Source of the DNA: Calditrichia bacterium
GTDB lineage: Bacteria > Calditrichota > Calditrichia > RBG-13-44-9 > J075
Direction: 5' to 3'
Assembly: GCA_050633245.1 (NCBI GenBank)
Contig: JBOEGD010000022.1
Location: forward strand, 42,076-106,075
Length of the DNA: 64,000 bases
Shown here: positions 1 through 8,384 of the stretch, piece after piece
Layout of the letters: each line of letters starts with the position of its first letter
Numbering within the stretch: the first letter of the stretch is position 1
The notes under the pieces: generated by a model
Told to the model about the DNA's origin: nothing
Seen by the model: the letters and a program-made list of their open reading frames with translations, nothing else
Databases searched by the model: none
Translations under genes and position numbers: made by a program

Positions 1-90
1 GATGCAGGAGCTTTTATATCTGCTTTCATTAAAAAATGTCTTTATAAATTCTTAGTATGGTACTATAACGCTCTAATCTCGAAGACAATA

Positions 91-1107
91 CTAGAATGGC
101 GGAGCAGATTCTGCACGGATGGCTCTAATATTAATTAGGTGTTTTTCTCCAAAAGGGGTTAACTTCCAATAAGTGTTTTGGTCGGAAACAGTCCTCTTTT
201 TATTGCCATATGTTATCAAACCGAGCGCTTGGAGCTGAATCTTTATTGCATCAAATACAACATGATATATTACTATATCCTCATATTTATTAATTTTCTG
301 TAACTCATGAGGAACTGTGTGCCAATAGACCAATTGAACTTTTTCTCTAAACTGTTCTTCTGTACATTCACCCAACATGTCTGAGCCCACATAGGAAAAT
401 ATATTGTTCCATGTGGCATTCAATTCTATTTCTACTACTTTCCCATTCTTATTAACTAACTCAGCATTTTGAGAAAGGGTTTCATTTCCTTTTGCTAAAT
501 ATTCGAACTCAGAAGGAGGTTTAGTAATCGAAGAGTTTAATTCAGTTTCGAGCTCTACTATTTGTGATCTTAACTCCTCAAGTTTTCTAAACAACTTTTC
601 ATCTGCAGCATACTTGCCGGGTATCCAGCCATCTGCAGGATGCTTTTTTTTAAGTTGGACTAAACTTCGCGATACTTTTCCTCCAAGATCCTCTGCATTT
701 TTCCAAAACTTACAATGTTTTTGCTGAGCTTTCTTCCTGAATAGCTCAAGCTTCTTAAGATTCACTTCGTTCTTTTCTAGTTTAGAACCAGTAAGTTGGT
801 CTATATCATAATGAAGAAAGCATAAAATAGGCTTTTTAGTTTGCAGCGCATAATCAAACTCCATTTCTGTATAGCTAATTCCATCGGCGTTTTTACTACC
901 ATATTTACCGGAAATAATTAATAAATAGTAATCTGAATTATCAATAACTTCCTTGATTAGAGTCCATGCATCTTCATCTGCTGCAGGAAACAACTCCATT
1001 CCTGCAGGAATGCAATCCAACTCCAACAATGCATGAATAACATGTTGGCGTTCGTCTATTAGATCTCTATATGTAGATGAAACAAAAACTTGATGTTTTC
1101 TTTCCAT
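91..1107 (-). CDS. DUF4062 domain-containing protein (TIR/NDT-like N-terminal fold plus coiled coil)
   Basis: N-terminus KHQVFVSSTYRDLIDERQ...PAGMELF...DYYLLIISGKYGS...SYTEMEFDYA matches the DUF4062 pattern; visibly AT-rich relative to the rest of the window. Confidence 0.85.
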   Translation of the reverse strand: MERKHQVFVSSTYRDLIDERQHVIHALLELDCIPAGMELFPAADEDAWTLIKEVIDNSDYYLLIISGKYGSKNADGISYTEMEFDYALQTKKPILCFLHYDIDQLTGSKLEKNEVNLKKLELFRKKAQQKHCKFWKNAEDLGGKVSRSLVQLKKKHPADGWIPGKYAADEKLFRKLEELRSQIVELETELNSSITKPPSEFEYLAKGNETLSQNAELVNKNGKVVEIELNATWNNIFSYVGSDMLGECTEEQFREKVQLVYWHTVPHELQKINKYEDIVIYHVVFDAIKIQLQALGLITYGNKKRTVSDQNTYWKLTPFGEKHLINIRAIRAESAPPF

Positions 1108-1565
1108 GTTAATGTCCTATTAAGTTCAGGTATCGCTGTTAACATTAAACGCCTCATGTAACTGAAAGATATTGATATTTGGAATTTATGTTATATGTAA
1201 ACATTCTGCTGAGATCACTATCATAAAAATGAAAACCTTATTCTTGAAGTGACATAATGATGTCTTCTAAATAGAAGTTCTGCTCGGAAATCCTTTATCT
1301 CGGTATTTTCCACTAAAATAAGTTCTGAGAGCTTGCCAACCAATAAAACCCTGATGATAATTAGTTGATTTTTACGGTTAAAAATATCAAGGTTAAATCG
1401 ATGGTAGAGTGTGTTAATGTATTTAACTACACTTTCCAAGTAGGCAGTGTACTACGAAGCCGATGTCTTTGTAATCTACATGCGCTCAGTCCTGTTTCGT
1501 TTTATTGTAAAGAGAACAACATTGTCTGCCTTGACGTTTGAAAAGACCGAAAGGTTGCCTTCCGT

Positions 1566-2051
1566 TCACTGTACCCGCTTTACAAAATCAAATGGAATAC
1601 GCTGATCTCCGCCGAAAATGGCCGCGTTTATCTGATCACCATTGCGCATGTATTCAATCTTGGTTGGGAAGTCGTGCTCCGGGTTTTCGCAGGTAAAATT
1701 GTTTTCAGCGATTTTGGTTAGTTTGAAGACAACCGGCTTGGGGTTTCCAGCTCCAGCTACTTCCAATTGCCATGTATCCCCATGCTTTACCAACGACATA
1801 TTTTCCTGAAACGTCGTGTCTTGCTGTTTTAGTGTAAAGCCATGTCCGGCGTATTCGGTATTGCTGGTTTTGGTCCACGTTTCATAGGTCTGCTTGCCTT
1901 CTTTGTCATTGCTGCGCTGCCATTCGCCGAGAAGCCAGTCGAAGTTTTCAGTCTTCGTAATGGGGGTCTTTTCTGGAACAGGTTCGCTTTGTTTATCTGT
2001 TTGGCAGGCGAAGGCTAAGGTCACAAATAGGATGAAGGAGATGATTTTCAT
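1566..2051 (-). CDS. Lipoprotein, DUF6265-like
   Basis: Start trimmed to MKIISF; lipobox LAFAC; FDWLLGEW...YETW...ENPEHDFPTKIEY motifs. Confidence 0.7.
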   Translation of the reverse strand: MKIISFILFVTLAFACQTDKQSEPVPEKTPITKTENFDWLLGEWQRSNDKEGKQTYETWTKTSNTEYAGHGFTLKQQDTTFQENMSLVKHGDTWQLEVAGAGNPKPVVFKLTKIAENNFTCENPEHDFPTKIEYMRNGDQINAAIFGGDQRIPFDFVKRVQ

Positions 2052-2333
2052 GGGGGATCTTTCTTGGTTGGGCTGGGTTTGATGCGCACAATTGTGCGCC
2101 TGTAAGTTTTTTTTCTTATAAAATATAGCTGCGAATTTTGGAGATCGCAATGTAAAAGCGGGTCCGGCCAAAATGGCTTTCCAAGCGGCAAAATTGTCAT
2201 AAAACCCGAATTTCTTTCCGAGGCTCTGCCAAACGTCGGCAGACAATCGGCAATTTTTTCAGCAGGTCGATTTTTTCAATAAAAACAACGTAAATCATTA
2301 ATAAATAACGTTTTGCGCGTCGTGGTTTGCAGT

Positions 2334-2348
2334 TGGCATGTGGTTTGT
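2334..2348 (+). promoter_or_regulatory. Putative sigma54 (-24/-12) promoter of the hsp20 pair
   Basis: TGGCATGTGGTTTGT (GG-N10-GT, variant -12), preceded by an AT-rich tract and phased repeated motifs at 2165-2261. Confidence 0.45.
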
Positions 2349-2443
2349 CTTATAGCTGATCGAAGTTGAGATAGAAAAATTGACATGAAGCGAAGTTTTG
2401 AACATAAAAAAGCAACACAACTCTTAATTAAGGAGAATTTACT

Positions 2444-2866
2444 ATGAGTTATACCAATTATTACACACCGGTTGATTTGCAAAAAGAAGTTGATCGCATT
2501 TTTGGTGGTTTTATAAATCGCCGCGTTATCGATAGAATGGACAGTTTTACTCCGCGTATCGACGTCGCTGAAACTGATGCTGCCTTTATTCTGGAGGTGG
2601 AAGCTCCGGGACTCAGCAAAGAAGACATCAACGTTGTGGTGGAAGAGGGTGTTCTAACGATTTCAGGTGAGCGCAAGAATAATGAAGACGTGAAATACCT
2701 GCAGCGCGAAAGCGGTTATGGCACATTCAGTCGCGCCTTTAATGTTGGCGACCGCATCGAGGCTGAGAAAGTTACCGCCAGCTATAAAGATGGAGTTTTG
2801 ACTCTGAACCTGCCGAAGGCAGAGAAGGTCAAGCCAAAGTCCATTAAAGTAAAAGCCGGCAAATAA
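2444..2866 (+). CDS. Hsp20/alpha-crystallin family small heat-shock protein
   Basis: PRIDVAET...PGLSKEDINV...LTISGER...YGTFSRAF...ASYKDGVLTLNLPK; AGGAG RBS. Confidence 0.95.
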   Translation: MSYTNYYTPVDLQKEVDRIFGGFINRRVIDRMDSFTPRIDVAETDAAFILEVEAPGLSKEDINVVVEEGVLTISGERKNNEDVKYLQRESGYGTFSRAFNVGDRIEAEKVTASYKDGVLTLNLPKAEKVKPKSIKVKAGK

Positions 2867-2906
2867 AGAATTTCAAACAGGTATTTCTGAAAAGGAGGAC
2901 AAGACC

Positions 2907-3350
2907 ATGAAAATGATAAAATGGCATCCAAATAGACGCTTTTTAAATGTGAACAACGATATGCACAGTATGATGGACCGGTTTTTCTCGCCGGAGATTC
3001 ACGGTAATGTGAGTCATCATCACTGGATTCCGCAACTGGACGTGTTAGAGAATGACAATGACTATCAGGTTGCTTTAGAGCTACCTGGTCTTGGCAAGGA
3101 AGACGTGTCAATTACGCTTGTGGAGAGCAAGTTGACCATTGAAGGTGAAAAGAAGCAGGTTGAGAAAACGGAAGATAAGCAACTGCATCGCGTAGAGCGT
3201 CGCTTCGGCAAGTTTCAGCGCCAAATACAACTGCCTGATCTCGTTGATCAGGATAATATAGATGCGACCTTTAAAGATGGTATTCTTACCATCACGCTGC
3301 CGAAATCGGAGCAGGCTAAGCCGAAAACGATCAGCATAAAGGTTTCCTAG
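2907..3350 (+). CDS. Hsp20/alpha-crystallin family small heat-shock protein
   Basis: ELPGLGKEDV...ERRFGKFQRQIQLP...ATFKDGILTITLPK; AGGAGG RBS. Confidence 0.95.
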   Translation: MKMIKWHPNRRFLNVNNDMHSMMDRFFSPEIHGNVSHHHWIPQLDVLENDNDYQVALELPGLGKEDVSITLVESKLTIEGEKKQVEKTEDKQLHRVERRFGKFQRQIQLPDLVDQDNIDATFKDGILTITLPKSEQAKPKTISIKVS

Positions 3351-3377
3351 TGAATCCCTGCTGGGTTGGGTAAACAC

Positions 3378-3412
3378 AAAGGGCGTCCCGATTTCTCGGG
3401 ACGCCCTTTTTT
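3378..3412. terminator. Bidirectional rho-independent terminator
   Basis: aaaGGGCGTCCCGA-ttt-cTCGGGACGCCCtttttt between convergent genes. Confidence 0.85.
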
Positions 3413-3435
3413 ATGCACAAATAGATGGGGATGAA

Positions 3436-4143
3436 TTAATCATCCCCACCACCAAATGCCATCAGAATATTCAGAATTGCCGTGAAAACATTAAATAAAC
3501 CGGCAAAAAGCATAATAGCCCCGATGATCGGACTGTCGATGCCTTCATCATATAGAATATCTGATGTGGCGTAAACCAGAATCATTACACCAAAGATACC
3601 GATCCCCGCACTGATGAGAATTCCCAGCATGCCGCCAGGCATCCACATATTTAGTACGACAGCCCCAATAAGGGCTATGAACATACCACCCATAAGGCCT
3701 TTTGGTGCAGAATAGCGTTTGCCGGATGTCCAGATAATTGCCGTTACCGCTGTGAATATTAGAAGCGTCATTAAGCCGGCTTTTAGAACCAGGCTATAGT
3801 CGCCTGCCATAAGTGCGGCAATTGCAACTGCTGGCCCCAAAACAATTCCAGCTAAAAAGCCATCCAACAACAATAGTGGAAATCCCAATACGGGATTATG
3901 GCGAGCAGTAATTGCCAGATACGGCACGGCATTGATAACTACCAAAGCCAATACCCATCCATACCATTTCGAAAATAAATTCAGAATAAACGGTGTTGTT
4001 GAACCGATATAGGCTCCAACACCCGCAGCTGCAACAGCCCAAAATAAATGTCCATATGTGGCCTTGACTAATGCGGCTCGTTCCGTGCTAAGCTCTGTTG
4101 TATGTTGCATGCGTTCGGCGACGCTTAGATCGCGATCTTCCAT
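3436..4143 (-). CDS. Bax inhibitor-1/YccA family membrane protein
   Basis: About 7 hydrophobic segments; ERAALVKATYGHL N-terminus and YATSDIL/NVFTAILNIL C-terminal pattern; GGAGG RBS. Confidence 0.85.
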   Translation of the reverse strand: MEDRDLSVAERMQHTTELSTERAALVKATYGHLFWAVAAAGVGAYIGSTTPFILNLFSKWYGWVLALVVINAVPYLAITARHNPVLGFPLLLLDGFLAGIVLGPAVAIAALMAGDYSLVLKAGLMTLLIFTAVTAIIWTSGKRYSAPKGLMGGMFIALIGAVVLNMWMPGGMLGILISAGIGIFGVMILVYATSDILYDEGIDSPIIGAIMLFAGLFNVFTAILNILMAFGGGDD

Positions 4144-4277
4144 CTCTCAAACTCCTCCTAAAAGTTGATGAATTTTAAAAAACTACGCTAATCGATTCTA
4201 AAATGCAAGACTGATTGCAACTGAAACGTCTGATTTGTATGTTTAACCACTCACCCCAAAAAGCCAAAGGAATTGCC

Positions 4278-6287
4278 ATGAGTAGCAAACAATTTCGCAC
4301 TACCTGCGTGATGGATTGTCCAGATACCTGTGCCTTGGATGTTACAGTCGATGACGGTAAAATTACCGCTATTCGCGGTGCTCGTGGACGACACCCGGAT
4401 ACTGCCGGTTTTATTTGCACCAAGGTTTCACGTTACCACAAGCGCATCTATCACCCCGACCGTTTGAAGTATCCAATGCGTAGAGTTGGTGAAAAGGGCC
4501 GTGGGGAATTTGAGCGGATTAGCTGGGATGACGCAATTTCGGAAATCACTGAACGCTTTCGCAAAATCAGTGCGCGTTGGGGCGGTGAAGCTATCTTTCC
4601 GTACCACTACGGTGGTTCAAATGGCCTGTTGGCAGATGAGTTCATGGACCATCTTTATTTTTCCAGACTGGGCGCATCCCGCTGTATGAAAACGCTATGC
4701 GCTGCACCTACAACTGCGGTTGCTTCCGGTATGTATGGAAAGATGCCGGGCGTAGCTTTTGAGGATTATCTGAAGGCGAAGTTCATTCTGGTCTGGGGAG
4801 CCAATCCGAAAGTTTCGAATATTCACCTAATGCCTTATTTGCGAAAGGCAAAACGAGCCGGAGCATTTGTCGCCGTTGTCGATCCACGTCGCAATTTTAG
4901 TGAAGATGAAGTTGATATGCATTTGCCGGTGATGCCGGGTGGCGATTTACCGTTGGCTCTGGGAATGATTAATCATTGGCAGCGTAACCACAACTTGGAT
5001 CATGATTTTCTAAAAAGTCATGCTGAGAATCTGGATGTGTTGCTGCGAGCAGCTTCCGATTGGCCAGTAGAACGAGCGGCGGCAAAAAGTGGTGTGTCTG
5101 AAGAGATGATTGCCGAACTGGCAGATCGGTATGCAGAAGCCAGCCCGGCGGTGCTTCGTTGTGGTTGGGGGCTGGAGCGCAATAAAAATGGTGGACAGGC
5201 GGTGGCCGCAATTCTGGCAATGCCTTCATTGCTTGGAAAGTTCGGTGTGCGCGGTGGTGGCTATACCATGAGCAATGGCGGGGCCGTGTCATTCGATAAG
5301 TCGAAGGTCTTGGGTGAGCTGGACTGGAATACGCGTGAGATTAATCAGACGCGTTTGGGTGAAGCTCTTTTACCTGAATTGAAAACGCCGGTTAAGGCGT
5401 TGTTCGTTTATAACTGTAATCCGGTTGCTACCGTACCAGATCAGAATGCTGTTGTGCGTGGGCTCATGCGTCAGGATCTTTTTACGGTCGTTTTTGAGCA
5501 GGTAATGACCGATACCGCGCCATATGCAGACATATTGCTGCCTGCGGTGACATTTTTAGAGCAGCATGAGTTGAAGAGAGGGTACGGCAGTTATACGATT
5601 GGTGGAATGCAGCTGGTGATTGATGCAGTTGGTGAGGCGAAACCAAATGAAGAGGTCTTTGCCATGTTGGGGCGTGCCATGGGGTGGAACGATGGAGCCT
5701 TTGCACTCGATACCAATGCGCTTATGAAAAAATCTGCTGCCGCGCTAACACTGCCAGACGGTAGTTCCGGTAGCTCTGAATTACTTAGTGGTGGTTCGCA
5801 AGACGTTAAATTTGATGGCGAAAATCCTATTCAATTTAAATCGGTTCTGCCACGCACAAAAAATGGCAAAGTGAATCTGGCTCCCGATGCTTTGGGGGAT
5901 GCACCTTATCGTTTCGAAAGAATTGTCTCGGACGAATATCCGCTGGCATTGATTACACCTGGTAATGAAAAAATGATATCCAGCAGTTTCGGTGAATTCA
6001 ACTATCCAGAACTTTGGATGACCATGAACTCAGAGGATGCTGCTTCACGTAATTTAACAGATGGTGCCAGCGTTCGGGTGTTTAATGAACTTGGTGAAGT
6101 GGCTTGTAAGGTTAAAATAAAAAATACGGTTCGGCCGGGCGTTGTTAGCATGCCGAAAGGTGCCTGGAAAAAGAGCTCGTTAAATGGTAGTACATCGACT
6201 GCACTTTGCCCATCCGATACCAATGTTGTTGGCGGCGGTGCTTGTTATAATGATGCGCGTGTTGAGGTAGAGCTGTTAGAGAAATAG
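4278..6287 (+). CDS. Molybdopterin-dependent oxidoreductase (DMSO reductase superfamily, uncharacterised subfamily)
   Basis: CxxDCPDTC...C Fe-S motif, RLKYPMRR, ISWDDA, DTAPYADILLPA and C-terminal molybdopterin-dinucleotide-binding domain; start trimmed to MSSKQF. Confidence 0.9.
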   Translation: MSSKQFRTTCVMDCPDTCALDVTVDDGKITAIRGARGRHPDTAGFICTKVSRYHKRIYHPDRLKYPMRRVGEKGRGEFERISWDDAISEITERFRKISARWGGEAIFPYHYGGSNGLLADEFMDHLYFSRLGASRCMKTLCAAPTTAVASGMYGKMPGVAFEDYLKAKFILVWGANPKVSNIHLMPYLRKAKRAGAFVAVVDPRRNFSEDEVDMHLPVMPGGDLPLALGMINHWQRNHNLDHDFLKSHAENLDVLLRAASDWPVERAAAKSGVSEEMIAELADRYAEASPAVLRCGWGLERNKNGGQAVAAILAMPSLLGKFGVRGGGYTMSNGGAVSFDKSKVLGELDWNTREINQTRLGEALLPELKTPVKALFVYNCNPVATVPDQNAVVRGLMRQDLFTVVFEQVMTDTAPYADILLPAVTFLEQHELKRGYGSYTIGGMQLVIDAVGEAKPNEEVFAMLGRAMGWNDGAFALDTNALMKKSAAALTLPDGSSGSSELLSGGSQDVKFDGENPIQFKSVLPRTKNGKVNLAPDALGDAPYRFERIVSDEYPLALITPGNEKMISSSFGEFNYPELWMTMNSEDAASRNLTDGASVRVFNELGEVACKVKIKNTVRPGVVSMPKGAWKKSSLNGSTSTALCPSDTNVVGGGACYNDARVEVELLEK

Positions 6288-6303
6288 AGCGAGAAAAAAG
6301 TAT

Positions 6304-6337
6304 AAAACCGGAGCCATTTTAAAAATGGCTCCGGTTT
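6304..6337 (+). terminator. Rho-independent terminator
   Basis: AAACCGGAGCCATTTT-a-AAAATGGCTCCGGTTT perfect hairpin after the stop codon. Confidence 0.75.
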
Positions 6338-6403
6338 GCAATTCTGATAATCAAATTGAGAATTTTTGAAAGGTTTCAAAATTGGGGTTGTTTTTTCTAA
6401 TAA

Positions 6404-6640
6404 AGACTGCTCCATTCTGACAATGCTCCAGTCTGGTTCGAAAACTCAAGGTTTGTCCGCTACTTCGCTGCCTCAGCGAGGTGTCAGTTCTTAAAAGTAT
6501 TTAGGTCCATTAAATGGCGCTTTCTTGGGCTTTGCTGCAATCTTTCTCAAAAAGAGTTCAAAATATTGTCCAAACTTTCTAAGTAATAGTACCAACTTTT
6601 TTTGAATAGACTGCTCCATTCTGACAATGCTCCAGTCTGG
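6404..6640. repeat. Two 33-bp direct repeats (6404-6436, 6608-6640) related to the ACTGGAGCAGT palindrome family
   Basis: AGACTGCTCCATTCTGACAATGCTCCAGTCTGG occurs twice, 204 bp apart. Confidence 0.85.
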
Positions 6641-6671
6641 CAGTAAAAATTACGATTTACCAAAATATCCA

Positions 6672-7268
6672 ATGCAAAAAAAACATCTACATAAATTCCG
6701 TTGTTTCGTAAATCAACTGATATCTCCAAGTGATGATGAATGGCAAGCCTTGGCCGAGTGTTTAGTGTATCAAGAGCTTCCCCGGAAGAGTTTTTTCTGT
6801 GAGCCGGGTGATATTGCAAATACAGTTGGATTCGTCGCGGAAGGCGCGTTCCGCAACTATGTCGTAAAAGATGGGGTTGAGATTGTCCGATACTTTATCT
6901 TTGAGAATGACTTTGTGTCTGAGTATAAAAGTTTTTTAACGAAACAACCCTCGCAGGAATACATGCAGGTGATTGAGGATGCAAAATTACTGACCTTTAC
7001 CGATAAAGATTTACAAGCGCTGTATGATGCTTATCCGATATGGGAACGCTATGGGCGTTTAATTTCCGAGGGGCTATTTGTCTTGCTCTCTCAGCGTATC
7101 AATAACTTGCTTCTGGAATCTCCCGAGGAACGCTACTTGTCATTACTGCGAGAAACGCCTGAAGTCTTCCAGCGCGTTCCGCAATATATGATTGCTTCTT
7201 TTTTAGGCATGACACCTGAAACATTAAGCCGAATTCGGCGTCGAATTACTGAGGGAGAAATTTCTTGA
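6672..7268 (+). CDS. Crp/Fnr family transcriptional regulator
   Basis: cNMP-binding-like domain and C-terminal PEERY...PQYMIASFLGMTPETLSRIRR HTH; start uncertain (6627 or 6672). Confidence 0.9.
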   Translation: MQKKHLHKFRCFVNQLISPSDDEWQALAECLVYQELPRKSFFCEPGDIANTVGFVAEGAFRNYVVKDGVEIVRYFIFENDFVSEYKSFLTKQPSQEYMQVIEDAKLLTFTDKDLQALYDAYPIWERYGRLISEGLFVLLSQRINNLLLESPEERYLSLLRETPEVFQRVPQYMIASFLGMTPETLSRIRRRITEGEIS

Positions 7269-7278
7269 TTTAAGTCAA
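7265..7278 (+). promoter_or_regulatory. Crp/Fnr-type box overlapping the regulator's stop codon
   Basis: TTGAT-ttaa-GTCAA, close to the FNR consensus TTGAT-N4-ATCAA, upstream of the LytTR gene. Confidence 0.65.
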
Positions 7279-7334
7279 TGACTTTTTCCCGCCCTCATCT
7301 CTATTTTGATGCAAATCCAAGCAGGAGAATTCTC

Positions 7335-8210
7335 ATGACCCAGTTGGCTTATCGCCTTCGGCAACCTTTTCCGCTTTCTATCCAATTTTCCCGCAGCTTT
7401 CCAACAATCTTAGGATTTGGAACCTATGTGGTTCTGTTTTTGTTCCTGTTCACACCATTTGGGATTGAGGAAAACGCAACGCTTCAAATTCAGTTGATAA
7501 TGTTTGGCTATGGAATCGTTGTTATGCTGGTTATGGGATTGAATTTCTATTGCCTTCCGGTTTTTTTTCCATCCATTTTTTCTGAAGAGCAATGGAGTTT
7601 AGGTAGAGAGTTAAGCTGGTTGGCTTGGAATACGATCACCTGTTGTGTTGGGGTGGGAATCTATGGCGTTGCAAGTGCTATTCCAGAATGCGAAACAACA
7701 TTTCTCGAACGCTTTGGAGAGGGATTGTTGCTAACGTCATTACCATTGTCAATATATTTACTTTGGTCATACAATGGTATGATTGGCAAGAAGCTGGCAA
7801 CGATGCGCATGCAAAATCCGCAAACTGTGACATTACAGGAAGAGCCAATCGCCTCTAAAAGTATCTCTTTGAGCTCTGAAAGTGAAAGCGAGCACCTTTC
7901 TCTACCGCTTAATGCACTACGCTTTGTAGAATCGCGTGACAACTATTGCCTGATCGTCTGGTGGGATGGGAAAAAGCTGCGAAAACAATTGCTTCGGTCA
8001 AGCCTGAAACGACTCGTCGATCAGATAAAGCATCCTGAAGTTCGCCGTTGCCACCGATCATATCTTGTAAACCTTTCTCAGGTTGAAGACATTAGAGGCA
8101 ACTCACGTGGCTATCGTCTCTATTTACATAATTGTTCGGAAGAAGTGCCGGTGTCTCGCGAAAACGGTCGTGCAATTAAGGAGGTGCTGAAGTCCGAAGT
8201 AGCCGCCTGA
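7335..8210 (+). CDS. Membrane-bound LytTR family transcriptional regulator
   Basis: About 4 N-terminal TM segments; C-terminal FVESRDNY...RCHRSYLVNL...VPVSR LytTR domain; AGGAG RBS before 7335. Confidence 0.9.
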   Translation: MTQLAYRLRQPFPLSIQFSRSFPTILGFGTYVVLFLFLFTPFGIEENATLQIQLIMFGYGIVVMLVMGLNFYCLPVFFPSIFSEEQWSLGRELSWLAWNTITCCVGVGIYGVASAIPECETTFLERFGEGLLLTSLPLSIYLLWSYNGMIGKKLATMRMQNPQTVTLQEEPIASKSISLSSESESEHLSLPLNALRFVESRDNYCLIVWWDGKKLRKQLLRSSLKRLVDQIKHPEVRRCHRSYLVNLSQVEDIRGNSRGYRLYLHNCSEEVPVSRENGRAIKEVLKSEVAA

Positions 8211-8240
8211 GCGCGTAAAAACGCGCTTTACCCTTCCCGT

Positions 8241-8268
8241 TTATCCCAGAATAGCACAACTTATCCCA
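8241..8268 (+). promoter_or_regulatory. Putative LytTR-binding direct repeats
   Basis: TTATCCCA at 8241 and 8261 (20-bp period) upstream of the TonB-dependent receptor. Confidence 0.5.
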
Positions 8269-8384
8269 TAATTCCCCACGACTTGATTCTTTTTTCTATC
8301 TTCCGGCGTGCTGCTGAAAAGGCAGCCACTCACAATAGCTTAATACTCGACAAAACATGGCTTAAATATGTTCTGGAGGATGAA

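Noticed and set aside
30-1200. Integron attC sites around the DUF4062 gene (GTTATAG and GTTAAC cores about 30-40 bp upstream of minus-strand ATGs)
   Set aside because: I could not pair convincing L and R boxes, and no integrase is visible; IntegronFinder on the adjacent region would decide.
1221-1439. 72-aa ORF in the AT-rich segment
   Set aside because: TTG start, no RBS and no recognisable motif; probably spurious or decayed.
6404-6640. 33-bp direct repeats as a CRISPR array or attL/attR pair
   Set aside because: Two copies 204 bp apart that derive from the REP-like palindrome family; no cas gene or integrase nearby.
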